NCBI GenBank assembly: GCA_016188115.1
Contig: JACPIK010000002.1
Span: 148,125 to 212,124, forward strand
Direction: 5' to 3'
Source: Candidatus Woesearchaeota archaeon
GTDB lineage: Archaea > Nanobdellota > Nanobdellia > Woesearchaeales > GW2011-AR9
DNA: 64,000 nucleotides
Shown: positions 1 through 12,000 of the stretch, in pieces
Position numbering within the stretch: position 1 is the stretch's first letter
Layout: each line of letters opens with the position of its first letter
Position numbers and translations under genes: made by a program
Notes under the pieces: generated by a model
The model's input: only the letters and a program-made list of their open reading frames with translations
The model's database searches: none
Told to the model about the DNA's origin: nothing

Positions 1-377
1 CGCAAGCTCTGGTTCGGGGTTATCAAGATGGCACCAGTGAAGAGACAAGGAACCTTGGAAGGTTCGAACAAGCTTTTCTAGGCATGCCTATACTCACATT
101 CCAACTTACAAAAAAAGAATCTGGGATTGATGCTCCTTTTCTTGTCGAAGCTTTAGGCAAGAAGTATGGCATGGGTGTCACGAGTGGTGATAGGTGGATT
201 TGTCAACCTCAAAGATTAAGTAGTCCGGCTCGCACTTTACGTGAACGAAATGAAGAAGCAGATCATGCATTATCATATTTGCGATTTTGCCCTACAAAAG
301 AAACGCCTGAGAAATGTTACGCTGGGGGCAGACTTTTAGCTGACGTTATGAATAACTATGCCCAGATCGTTAAATAA
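1..377 (+). CDS. 3' fragment of a CDS that enters from upstream of the window; function unknown, weakly resembles the C-terminus of a PLP-dependent aminotransferase
   Basis: The frame of ORF 84..377 stays open back to position 3 (QALVRGYQDGTSEETRNLGRFEQAFLG-MPILTF...), so the ORF-track Met is probably internal. The ...IDAPFLVEALGKKYGMGVTSG... and ...YLRFCP... pattern loosely recalls aminotransferase C-termini. Confidence 0.4.
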   Translation, partial: QALVRGYQDGTSEETRNLGRFEQAFLGMPILTFQLTKKESGIDAPFLVEALGKKYGMGVTSGDRWICQPQRLSSPARTLRERNEEADHALSYLRFCPTKETPEKCYAGGRLLADVMNNYAQIVK

Positions 378-481
378 AAAAATTCTTTATTTTCCTCCCT
401 AACTTTTTTAACTATCCTGCATTCTATACCTCACAAACTTACAATTCCAAAACACAACCTCTCTAAAAATATAAACGCAAA

Positions 482-1441
482 ATGTCACATCCACAACTTA
501 TCCTTGGAGTCGAAACCACTGCCCATACATTTGGCATTGGCATCATTACCAGTAATGGAAAAATTCTTGCCAACATCAAAGATAGTTACACCTCTCCTGA
601 CAAAGGCATGATCCCCGATGAGATTGCAAATCATCATAAAGCTGTAGCGCAAACCATTCTCGAAAAAGCATTCAAAACTGCCGGCTGCAATTGGGAAGAT
701 ATTTCATTCATCTCCTACTCCGCAGGTCCCGGTCTCGACCCTGCGTTATGGGCTGGATATCACAAAGCCAAGGAATGGGCTACACAACACAAAAAGAAAC
801 TTGTTGCGGTTAATCACTGTTGTGCACATCTTAGTATCGGTGCGTTAACAAGCAACGCCAAAGATCCTTGTTACCTCTATGTCTCAGGTGTCAACACTCA
901 AATCATTGTGCAAATCAATGGTAAATATCGGGTCATGGGCGAAACACTGGATATTGGGCTTGGCAACATGCTCGACAAATTTGGCCGGATCACCAACCTT
1001 GGTTTTCCTGCTGGTCCGAAAGTTGAACAATTAGCTAAGAGTGGTAAATACGTTGAACTTCCCTACACTATCAAGGGTATGGATATTTCATTTTCTGGTC
1101 CATTAACCAGAGCAGAACAACTCTTCAAAAAAGGAGAAAAAGTCGAAGATCTCTGTTTCTCACTACAAGAAACCTGCTTTGCCATGTGCACCGAGGTCGT
1201 CGAACGTGCCATGGCACATACTGAGAAAAATGAACTGATTCTCGTAGGTGGCGTAGGAGCCAACAAACGATTTTGTGAGATGCTTGAAATCATGTGCAAA
1301 GAACGCGGCGCAACATTTTACAACGTGCCGATGGATCTTGCTGGAGACCAAGGTGTCATGATTGCGTGGGAAGGTTGGCTGCGCAAAGACGAGTCTGGCG
1401 ATGTAGAGATCAAACCCCACTGGCGCGCCGATGAGGTCTAA
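482..1441 (+). CDS. kae1: tRNA N6-adenosine threonylcarbamoyltransferase Kae1 (no Bud32 fusion)
   Basis: ILGVETTAHTFGIGII N-terminus, metal-binding VNHCCAHL motif and GGVGANKRF near the C-terminus are typical of Kae1/TsaD/OSGEP. Length is 319 aa. Confidence 0.93.
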   Translation: MSHPQLILGVETTAHTFGIGIITSNGKILANIKDSYTSPDKGMIPDEIANHHKAVAQTILEKAFKTAGCNWEDISFISYSAGPGLDPALWAGYHKAKEWATQHKKKLVAVNHCCAHLSIGALTSNAKDPCYLYVSGVNTQIIVQINGKYRVMGETLDIGLGNMLDKFGRITNLGFPAGPKVEQLAKSGKYVELPYTIKGMDISFSGPLTRAEQLFKKGEKVEDLCFSLQETCFAMCTEVVERAMAHTEKNELILVGGVGANKRFCEMLEIMCKERGATFYNVPMDLAGDQGVMIAWEGWLRKDESGDVEIKPHWRADEV

Positions 1442-1485
1442 TTATTGTAGTAGGGTTTAAAAAAAGCTCATTACACAAATAAAAA

Positions 1486-1794
1486 ATGGTTTTGCAAACA
1501 AAAGTAAAAATTGAATTTCATATTCCCTTGAATCAATTACCTGAGATTCAACAAGATCTAATTTGGATTGCAACACAAGCTCCTACCTGTAGTCGTACGA
1601 CCAATCTGGAAATAACTGCAACTCTTTCCCCTTGGCAAAATGGATGTTCTATCTTTCCCAAAGTCAATAAAGAATACGAAGTAAGCGAATATATTGGTCA
1701 TCGCTGGAGTGCTAGTAGAAAGTACGAACTTAGAGATGACGCATTACAGTTAGTTAAAGAGAATTTTAGGTATAGCTGTGGTGACTATGAATAA
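1486..1794 (+). CDS. hypothetical small protein, tandem paralogue 1
   Basis: ORF of 102 aa. Its N-terminus KVKIEFHIPLNQLPEIQQDLIWIATQAP aligns with the next ORF. Confidence 0.5.
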   Translation: MVLQTKVKIEFHIPLNQLPEIQQDLIWIATQAPTCSRTTNLEITATLSPWQNGCSIFPKVNKEYEVSEYIGHRWSASRKYELRDDALQLVKENFRYSCGDYE

Positions 1795-1832
1795 ATCTTT
1801 GACAAACCCATTGAAACATATTGCTCAAAAAA

Positions 1833-2150
1833 ATGACACTTGAAACCGAAGTCAAAATTCAATATTATATTGCTGTCAGCAGACTCGGTGAAATAGAACA
1901 AGATGTAGGGTGGATTGCCCAACAACCATGTGCTCATTCTCAAACCAATCTATTACAAATTAATTGCTTCGTGCTTGACAGCCAAAAAAGATACCAAGTT
2001 GGTGAACTTATCGCATTTCCTCAAGGAGGGGGGCTTCACGTTGGATTAAGAGAATATGTATCTGACAATGGGAATTTGGTATTAACAAAAAATGAGGACC
2101 ATTATCCTACATTTGGATATGGTGATAAATTTTCCAGAGATTCTTCTTAA
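1833..2150 (+). CDS. hypothetical small protein, tandem paralogue 2
   Basis: EVKIQYYIAVSRLGEIEQDVGWIAQQP parallels the preceding ORF. I start at the in-frame ATG at 1833 rather than the TTG at 1821. Confidence 0.5.
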   Translation: MTLETEVKIQYYIAVSRLGEIEQDVGWIAQQPCAHSQTNLLQINCFVLDSQKRYQVGELIAFPQGGGLHVGLREYVSDNGNLVLTKNEDHYPTFGYGDKFSRDSS

Positions 2151-2167
2151 CCTTCTCTTATCCAACC

Positions 2168-2617
2168 TTATGTCTGTGCAGTATAAAATAATGTCAATCT
2201 TTCTAAATTTGGCGCAGCTAAACAATCTCGCACTCTTCCAATACTCACGGGAGTTTTAGGGAAGTATAATCCACAACTATTGCGAAAACCTAATTCCTGC
2301 ATATCTCTAAATGCAGATCCATAAGGAAATGCAAGATGTAGGGAAGACAGCCTAAATTGTCCTTTTACCATTTCTCCTTTGTCTGATAATACTTCTTTTC
2401 TTTCAATTAACACATCCAACCAATCCTCAATTGTTGAAGCTCTTGTTGCCATATCAGCTAAACTGCGGTATAAATTGAGAGCCTCGGAATTGAGATCCTC
2501 ATTTCGTGCTGGCGCGATACCAGTTCTAGATCCTGGAAAATGGAGATCTCGCACAATAGTTGCAGGATACGAAAGTCGAAAAAAAAGCTTGTGATAATCT
2601 GGCTGTGGTCGTAGCAT
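2168..2617 (-). CDS. hypothetical protein
   Basis: ORF of 149 aa with non-repetitive composition. No motif recognised. Confidence 0.45.
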   Translation of the reverse strand: MLRPQPDYHKLFFRLSYPATIVRDLHFPGSRTGIAPARNEDLNSEALNLYRSLADMATRASTIEDWLDVLIERKEVLSDKGEMVKGQFRLSSLHLAFPYGSAFRDMQELGFRNSCGLYFPKTPVSIGRVRDCLAAPNLERLTLFYTAQT

Positions 2618-2773
2618 AGTTATCTCTTTGCGTGCTTCTTTAAAACCTTAACTCTCCGATAATCTTACTATTTTAACCTCTCTATTCTACCCTCTATCTC
2701 GTCCTTCTCTACCAACAGATTTATAAAGCCCAAAACACTCCAAAAATTAACAGTTTCTCGTCGAGAAATCTAG

Positions 2774-4729
<1,956 letters not shown>

Positions 4730-4731
4730 AC

Positions 4732-4968
4732 ATGGCCGCTTTCGATAAGTCAATGGATAAAGAAATCTTCAGTGCTTCTTTTGATTCAGATAAAAGTAAG
4801 ATTACAGTTGCGGTATTTTCATATAATAATGGACAACCAAAGCTTCAACTTAGCCGCGAGAATAAAGGAACTAATGGTGAAATGGCATTTGCTAAGTTGG
4901 GACGACTAACTAGAGCTGAAGTAGAGAAAATTCTTCCGCTTATGGAAAAGGCTAAAACCTATCTCTAA
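4732..4968 (+). CDS. small PC4/YdbC-like putative ssDNA-binding protein
   Basis: 78 aa, starting 2 nt after the gyrB stop. KITVAVFSYNNGQPKLQLSRE...FAKLGRLTRAEVEKILPLMEKA resembles the YdbC/PC4-like pattern (beta-strands, then G-x-x-L-T-x-x-E helix). Recognised from memory only. Confidence 0.4.
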   Translation: MAAFDKSMDKEIFSASFDSDKSKITVAVFSYNNGQPKLQLSRENKGTNGEMAFAKLGRLTRAEVEKILPLMEKAKTYL

Positions 4969-5069
4969 ACTTAATTTTGATTAACTTTCTATTCTTAAGA
5001 TTAAATTTAAACTATCAAAACACAAAAAAAGAACGCCCATTGTGCCATTTTGATAAAAACTCCAGCATA

Positions 5070-5091
5070 CGGATTTTATATAAGAAATCCG
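5070..5091 (+). promoter_or_regulatory. TATA-like box inside a 7-bp inverted repeat, upstream of the PRC-barrel gene
   Basis: CGGATTT-TATATAAG-AAATCCG sits about 30-45 nt upstream of the SD GAGGTGAT (5106-5113) and the ATG at 5119. Confidence 0.35.
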
Positions 5092-5118
5092 CCTAGGAGA
5101 AAATAGAGGTGATATTAT

Positions 5119-5574
5119 ATGGCTCAAATTCGTCGACATGCAAAATCAAAGAATGGTCTTCTTGTAACCAAAGATATTGAAGGCAAGAAAGTTATTGATC
5201 GTAGTGGTAAAGAGATAGGGGTGGTGAAAGCAATTCACATTGATCCCATCACGTTGCACGTTGAAGGTATAACCATTAGTAAAGGTCTTTTTAACGATAG
5301 TGATTATGTTGGTTCAGAATACATCACTGCAATTACTAACAAAGCAGCACTGTTAAGTATTGTGCCTATTACAGAATACTTGGGCAAGAAAGTTTTTGAT
5401 TCTAAAGGCAATGAGCTTGGGAAAGTAAAAGAGATTCATCGAACTAATAAAACCAACAATGTTCTTTCTATCACGGTTGATCGTGGCTTTTTAAAACAGG
5501 ATTTGGTTGTAGGGGATCATGCGATAGATTCAATTGGTGAGAACATTCGTCTTAATGAAGCTGTTGAAAAATAA
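5119..5574 (+). CDS. PRC-barrel domain protein (two repeats)
   Basis: Repeated G-K-K-V-x-D-x-x-G-x-E-x-G-x-V-K-x-I-H segments (GKKVIDRSGKEIGVVKAIHID and GKKVFDSKGNELGKVKEIHR). Strong SD GAGGTGAT upstream. Confidence 0.7.
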   Translation: MAQIRRHAKSKNGLLVTKDIEGKKVIDRSGKEIGVVKAIHIDPITLHVEGITISKGLFNDSDYVGSEYITAITNKAALLSIVPITEYLGKKVFDSKGNELGKVKEIHRTNKTNNVLSITVDRGFLKQDLVVGDHAIDSIGENIRLNEAVEK

Positions 5575-5643
5575 AGTGAACCTTGCCTAGAAACATGAAT
5601 TAGGCAAAGTTCTCAAAAGTAAATCTACCTGGAGGATGATATT

Positions 5644-5991
5644 ATGAGCAAGGGATCTAAATTAGGCGTTATTGCATTTATTGTTGGATTGATCGGAGCT
5701 GCAGTTATTGCATTGTTAAATTATACTGCGGTTCCAAAATGGGCAGTTATTGCTCTGGCCGTGTTAGGCGTAGTTGTGGGATTACTTAATGTCAAAGATG
5801 ATGAGATCAGTCTATTCCTGATTGCTGCATTGGCATTTTTGTTAAGCTTTGGTGCACTCCGCGACGTCGTTACCACATTAGCGTTTGGCTGGCAAGCTAT
5901 CGCCGTATTCTTTAATCTGATGGTAGTATTCGTAGCTCCTGCTACGGCGATTGTTGCTGTGTTAGCACTGTTTCGCATGGCGAAAAATTAG
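5644..5991 (+). CDS. small integral membrane protein
   Basis: 115 aa with 3-4 hydrophobic helices. SD GGAGGA at 5631-5636. Confidence 0.6.
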   Translation: MSKGSKLGVIAFIVGLIGAAVIALLNYTAVPKWAVIALAVLGVVVGLLNVKDDEISLFLIAALAFLLSFGALRDVVTTLAFGWQAIAVFFNLMVVFVAPATAIVAVLALFRMAKN

Positions 5992-6024
5992 AGAATTTTT
6001 TATTTTTTTATTTTTTTCTGACAT

Positions 6025-6309
6025 CTACTTGTTGATCTGTTCTATTCGTAGTGCCAGTTCAATGTCATTATTTGTTACTTTGTCTCCTGCATCATGGGTT
6101 GTTAAGAATAGGGTCACCTTGCTGTACCTATTAATAATTTTTGGATGATGCTTCAATTCTTCTGCTTCAAAACCTACCCGGATCAAAAATGTCATTGCTT
6201 CACGAAAGGATAAAAAAATAAACTCTTTAATGAGCTCGTTGTCTTCAGATCTCCATCCAGGAAGCATTGTAAGCGATTGTGAAATTTCAAATTGGGTAAG
6301 CGGTTTCAT
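6025..6309 (-). CDS. phhB: pterin-4-alpha-carbinolamine dehydratase
   Basis: LPGW...FxFxxFxEAMxF...AEELxHHPxI...V...LTTHD pattern of PCD/DCoH. I start at the ATG (MKPLTQ), 8 nt after the phhA stop, rather than the TTG at 6321. Confidence 0.85.
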   Translation of the reverse strand: MKPLTQFEISQSLTMLPGWRSEDNELIKEFIFLSFREAMTFLIRVGFEAEELKHHPKIINRYSKVTLFLTTHDAGDKVTNNDIELALRIEQINK

Positions 6310-6317
6310 CTTTTTTC

Positions 6318-7226
6318 TCAAGCAAATGACTTAATAAATCTCTCGATCTCTTTATGTAACCATTCCAAAGAAGGTATCACAAAAAAGAGTGGTTGCTCAA
6401 ATGAATAATTATAGTCAGTTTCAATAACTTCTTTGATGGTAAACGGTTTAATCACGCAATTCCCACTAAATGCATTCATACAATCTTTGATTCCGCCTAG
6501 AAGTCCTGCACCAAATGCTTTCACTCCAGTATGTTCTTGAATCAGTCCATATTCTAAACTATACCAGTAAAGACGATTTAACCACAAAAGTTGTTCTTCC
6601 GTTGCTCTACGTGCTGCGTTTCCAATGAGTTTATTTAATGCAATTATTTCTGGATGTACAAACATGGGGACGTGACCAAAAACTTCATGAATAATATCTG
6701 GTTCAGGACTAAATTCCGGTTTAGAATGATGGCGAATGTACTGTGTGCATAACATAACGCCTTCACTTAATTTCATCATAAATTCATGAGCGCTAACAAG
6801 TCCATGAATCGGTTCAAGTTGAAAACCAGAAATTCGTTCAAGTTCTCGATTAAGATCTCGTAGTTGTGGGACATTTCCTGTGGGTAATGTCAACAGAGAT
6901 CGACCCTCTTTGTAAAGAGAGCAAGCATGTTTATCATGCAACACGGCAAGCTTCTCTGAGACATGCTTCCACACTTCATGCTCTTGTTGTGTGTAACTTA
7001 CCAAAGCGATGTCTCTATTTATGGAATTTGATCTGTGAAATTCAATTGCTTTAGCTACAATCTCCTCTCTTCTTTTCCTATATGCTGGGTCGTTTGCACC
7101 TGGGTGATCTAAATCTAAGATAGGGAGTGTTTCAATAACTAAAGAATTAGCGTTGCTTTCATCTTTACTAACGATCTGATTTTCACTTACAATACCGATG
7201 ATCAGCACGCTGTGCCTTAGCCTCAA
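6318..7226 (-). CDS. phhA: biopterin-dependent aromatic amino-acid hydroxylase (phenylalanine-4-hydroxylase-like)
   Basis: LDHPGANDPAYRKRREEI, PEPDIIHEVFGHVPMF (iron-binding His pair), YWYSLEYGLI. The only in-frame start is a TTG, so the start is uncertain. Confidence 0.9.
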   Translation of the reverse strand: MRLRHSVLIIGIVSENQIVSKDESNANSLVIETLPILDLDHPGANDPAYRKRREEIVAKAIEFHRSNSINRDIALVSYTQQEHEVWKHVSEKLAVLHDKHACSLYKEGRSLLTLPTGNVPQLRDLNRELERISGFQLEPIHGLVSAHEFMMKLSEGVMLCTQYIRHHSKPEFSPEPDIIHEVFGHVPMFVHPEIIALNKLIGNAARRATEEQLLWLNRLYWYSLEYGLIQEHTGVKAFGAGLLGGIKDCMNAFSGNCVIKPFTIKEVIETDYNYSFEQPLFFVIPSLEWLHKEIERFIKSFA

Positions 7227-7246
7227 TTAATTCAGGTATCATTTTC

Positions 7247-7750
7247 CTATCCCTCCTTCGCGAAATCATCAACCACAACTTTTCGCACTTTCAAAATCTC
7301 TGTTGGTTTAATCTTTAGTCCAGCGTGCGGCGAACCTGCCGAACCAACAACAATCTTTTTCTCAAACAATTTTGTATCTGCAAAAAGTGCAACTGAGTCT
7401 GGAATCGTTAAAGCTCCGGCACCACCAGGCACACAACCAAAATGTGTCATCAGTTCGTCACGAGTTGCCATGCGTATATCCTTCATGCCACTTACTCTTT
7501 CCACTTTCTTACAATTGATCTTCACTTCACCTGATGCCAGAACTGCAAGTGGTCGACCTTTAGACATGAAGCACAAACATTTTAGTAATTCCTCCTGAGT
7601 ACCACCATGTAATGCAATATGGGCATCAACTCCGATTACTTCCATGTGTTCATGCATAATCACTTCTGCCTCCAATTGGTGTTTTTGAATGATTTTCTGT
7701 GCACTGGCAACATTTTCTGTTTCAATCTCTAAAGCTGATATACTTTCCAT
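7247..7750 (-). CDS. YbaK/aminoacyl-tRNA deacylase (editing domain) family protein
   Basis: 167 aa with KCLCFMSKGRPLAVLASGEVKIN...GCVPGGAGAL...GSAGSP, typical of YbaK/ProX-type trans-editing domains. Confidence 0.75.
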   Translation of the reverse strand: MESISALEIETENVASAQKIIQKHQLEAEVIMHEHMEVIGVDAHIALHGGTQEELLKCLCFMSKGRPLAVLASGEVKINCKKVERVSGMKDIRMATRDELMTHFGCVPGGAGALTIPDSVALFADTKLFEKKIVVGSAGSPHAGLKIKPTEILKVRKVVVDDFAKEG

Positions 7751-7844
7751 ACTTTTCTAAGATGAGTCTTCCATTATAAAAGAATCTGTATAATATTCAA
7801 AAATAAACCATAAATATTATAAATAATCGTATAATCTACAATTT

Positions 7845-8294
7845 ATGAAAGACATTTCCTCTAAAATAATTCATCTGTTCAAAGTGGGCTACTGCACACC
7901 ACAGATATCTCAAATTGCTAAAAAGATCAAAGAACCCTCAACAACTATTCATTATAACATCAAAAAACTTGAAAAAGAAGGCGCAATTAAAAGCTACAAA
8001 GCAGTCTTTGATTACAAAAAAATTGATGAGGGTTTCTGCGTCTTTGTCTTAATCAGCCTTTCTCCGGATGAATACGGCAATCCCGAAAAAATAGCGCAGG
8101 ACCTTGCTAAACATCCTCAGATTGAATCGGTTGATATCTGTACGGGTGATTGGGAGTTGATTCTCAAAGTGCGCGCCAAAAACCAAGATGAGTATTATGA
8201 ATTTACTAAGAATGTAATCTCACGTAAAGGTATTATCAAAATAAAATCATTAACCTCATTAAAACAAGTTAAAACCGAATTTGTCGAGATTTGA
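7845..8294 (+). CDS. Lrp/AsnC family transcriptional regulator
   Basis: N-terminal HTH (ISQIAKKIKEPSTTIHYNIKKLEKEGAIKSY) followed by a RAM-like domain (FVLISL...ICTGDWELILKVRA). Confidence 0.85.
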   Translation: MKDISSKIIHLFKVGYCTPQISQIAKKIKEPSTTIHYNIKKLEKEGAIKSYKAVFDYKKIDEGFCVFVLISLSPDEYGNPEKIAQDLAKHPQIESVDICTGDWELILKVRAKNQDEYYEFTKNVISRKGIIKIKSLTSLKQVKTEFVEI

Positions 8295-8452
8295 TTAATA
8301 ATCCTACTGTTTCTTATTTTTCTATTTTATAACCCGTGGTCTACTTTTTTGTCTCTAAAAATTAACCTCGCCCATTTAACTTAGAAATCAAAACCACAGA
8401 ACAACTCAAAAACAAAAAGAGAATGAAAAAGAAGTAAAAATAAAAAATGTAT

Positions 8453-8785
8453 TTATGCACTAAATCTATTGTAGAGCCAGGAAACAACGAAACCGCAAAC
8501 TAAACCATACAAAGCAGCTTCTGCCATACCTGCAATAACGCCTAATAGACTTGAGGAATAAGACATAAGATATGTGTCAAGCATACCAACTAATCCTGCG
8601 GCAAAGCCCATTTTTCCAACAATTGTTATTAACAATACTTTTGCTGCTGCAATAATTGCAAATGCATATGCAACTGCATGATTGTCCCAGCATCCTGCTT
8701 TCATTGAAGAACAGCTTGCTGATTCCATTGATTTGGAAGCTGCAGCTTTAGAAGCAGATCCTCTTGTTTTTTTTCGAGTAGCCAT
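8453..8785 (-). CDS. small membrane protein
   Basis: Hydrophobic C-terminal two-thirds. SD GAGGTGAT (8793-8800, minus strand) lies 7 nt before the ATG at 8785, so I trimmed the GTG start at 8797. Confidence 0.55.
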   Translation of the reverse strand: MATRKKTRGSASKAAASKSMESASCSSMKAGCWDNHAVAYAFAIIAAAKVLLITIVGKMGFAAGLVGMLDTYLMSYSSSLLGVIAGMAEAALYGLVCGFVVSWLYNRFSA

Positions 8786-9009
8786 AATTACTATCACCTC
8801 TTAAATGATAAAGAAATCATTTTTTTATGGTTTATAAATGTTTGGTTTTCAATAGAGAGATCAAAACCACGAGGTTATATCAAGATGGTCCTAAACTGGG
8901 CTTTAGAACTAAACCATTCTATCCTATATAGGGGACTTCATCATTGGGTGTTTGATGATTAATTCCCCATTAAAAATCCAACGCGTAACCAAATCACTTA
9001 GTTGGATTC

Positions 9010-12000
9010 TTATATCTTTAAACTCGTCACTTTTGATATGCCATCAACCATTGAGACGCCATACAACGTATTGGCTTGAGAAATCAACGCATCATTATGT
9101 GAAATCACAATATACTGCGCGCGGTCACTGTATGCCTGAATCAAATTAGCTAATAACTGGGCATTATGTTTATCCAATGCTGCATCAATCTCATCAAGGA
9201 TATAGAATGAGGCTGGTTGATATTCCTGGATAGCAAAAATAAACGAGAGAGCAGTGAGTGTTTTCTCTCCACCAGAAAGAGCTTTCAAATCCATAAACCG
9301 ATTTCCACTAATTTTTACTTTAATACTCAACCCATCTTCAAAGGGATTAGTAGGATTGTCTAATTCTAAATAGGCTTTTCCTTTCGTAAATAACGTCGAA
9401 AAAATTCGGCCGAAATGTTCATTAGCCATCTCAAATGTTTTCATGAATTGTTCTTTTTTCTTCGTTTCAATTTCATTCATGAGCATCATCACATCAGTCT
9501 TTTCTTTTTCAAGACTCTCTTTTTTCTCAATAAGTTTGTTATATTCCTGTTCGATTTGGTCGTATACTTCGAGTGCTTTCATGTTTACGGTAGAGAGTTG
9601 TCCTAACATCACTTCAAACTTACTAATCTCCTGTTTTAATTCATCAACATGTTTATTTTCAAGGATAACCGCATGGGGATATCGCGCAAACTCTTCCTCC
9701 AATCCGGCTAATTTCGCTTTGATTTCCGCATTTTGCAGTGAAACTAAATTCACATCTCGTTCGCTAGATCGAGCCTGTTCACGCCACTTCTCTGTATCAT
9801 TTTCCAAAGCAGTAATTTGCGCGCTTACTTTTTCACGCAACGTAAACAATTCTTTGTATTTTGAATAGAATTCTTTACTGTCTTTCTCTTTTTGTTCGAG
9901 TACTTTTTCTTGATCGTGAACTGATTCACTCAATCGATGAATCTCTTCTTTAAACTGCGCTTCTTCTTTATCATGCTGTTTAATAATCTCTTTCATTTTC
10001 TCTTGTTCGGGAGCAATTAATTGACTTAACTGTGATCCCATATTCTTCGCATCAGATTCTAATCGTAACATTTCTTCCCGTAATCGTTGACGGGTTTCTT
10101 CAAATGCTGTAAGCTGCGCGAGCAAGCGAGGATTGCGCAATTCATTAACCTGTGAACGTAATACATTTTTCTCTTCTTTAAGGGTTCCTAGATCTTTATT
10201 TAATGCCACTATCTCCCGTTGTACTTTATTTATCTCTTCATCCATCTCCAAAAGTCGTGCGCTTAATTCTTTTTTAATTGCCGTCGTTGCATCAAGATCG
10301 CCCGTCTCCAGATGTAATGTTTTCTCTAACTTAATTATTTCTGCTTCCAGCTCAGCTTTAGATGTGCGTAGGGACGTGATTTCACGCATATTTCCTTCAC
10401 GTTTTACTTCTAACGCAGCAATAACCGATTCTAATTGAGCAACACCCTCTTCCATTTTCTCGCGTTCTTCAACGGTATCCTTCTCTAAGAAACCAACACT
10501 TTCTCGACGAGCATTAAATCCACCACGCATTACGCCGCTAGCTTCAGCAAGGTTGCCATCAAGCGATGCCATTTTAATTCTTCCAACACCCACTTTACGC
10601 GCAACATCAATATCCTCAACGATGAGTGTATTGCCAAAAACATACAAAAATGCTTTTTTATATTCAGCTCTGAATGAAATAATATTAATTGCAAAATCGT
10701 GAACACCGGGAGTTTTTAATAATCCTTTATCTTCCCCCGAAATTTCCTGCGTTTTAATTTTATTAAGCGGAATAAATGATGCTGCTCCCAATCTATTCGC
10801 TTTAAGAAACGAGATGCATTCTGCCGCAGTTTGGTCATTATCAACAACAATAAATTGCATCCGACCTGCTGCTGCTGCTTCTAACGCAGGTGCATATTTT
10901 TTAGGAACTTGTCCTAATTCAGCAACTGTTCCATATACTCCGGGAAACTTCTTCTTTTGACTTAAAATACTATTAAGTGCTTGATTATTAGAAATACTTG
11001 CCTGAAGAGTCATCTCTTTAGCCTGAATTTTAGAAAGTTTTTCTTGCGCATCTACAACATTACGTCGGGCATTAGCCAATTGGGATGCAAAACTACTGTC
11101 CTGGTCTAAGCACGTATTAAGACGTAGCGTTGCCGCTTTAAAATTATTCTTGAGATCCTGTAAATTAGTAATTTGGTCTTTATTTTGCTTAGCAACTTCC
11201 GCAACTTTGCGCACTTTTTCTTCAACTGTTTGAAGTTGATACTCCATACGGTCTTTTTCTCGTAACAGTTCTTGTTGACGAACCCGAATCTTTTGTACTT
11301 CTTCTTGTTTTTCTTCAATTTTATGGTCTCGTTCTTCAATTCCTTTTTCTAATTCTACAGAAGATTCAATGTTATTTTTCTTTTTGAATTGGGCGATACT
11401 CTCTTCCACTTGTTTTAACTCATGGGCTTTCTCTTTATGGACTTGCTCTAATTCTTTCTTTTTACCATGGGATGCATCAGCTTTTTCTTCAAGATCACGC
11501 GCTTCTTGACGGAATTGCTCTTTACGTTGACCAATCTTATTAATCTCATCTTTGAGAGTGGAAACACGTGTTTTCTCTTTGGCGATATTAACTTTTAATT
11601 CTTCGATCTTACGATGCACTTCTACTTGTTCTTTCTCTCCTTTTTGTTCAATGTCTTGATTAATTTGAACCACCTGTTCACGTAATTTGGCAATTGCTTC
11701 TTTTGCTTCATTCACTTTCTTTTCAGAATCTTGAATCTTTAATTGATGTTTTTCAACCTCTTTATCAAACACTTCTTTCTTCGCTTTACGATCTTGCATC
11801 TGGAGATGAATATATGTGGCTTTATGAGAATCAATTTTATCTTTAAGTTGTTTAAACTCCAATGCCTGATCGCGATCCTTCTTAAGCTCTTTAAGATAGG
11901 TCTTACGTTCTTTAAGAATAATTTCTGCGCTGTTGAGCTTTTCTTCTACTTTTTCTAACTCCAACATTGCTTTATGTTTTTTATCTTCATAGATAGAGAC

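Noticed and set aside
9415-11958. Several 60-140 aa ORFs on the plus strand inside smc, and similar antisense ORFs inside gyrB, the S8 proteases, lig, gatE, the ABC genes and others.
   Set aside because: They lie antisense or out of frame within long genes with clear homology. They have low-complexity F/L/S/I-rich products typical of AT-rich antisense frames and no start-site signals.
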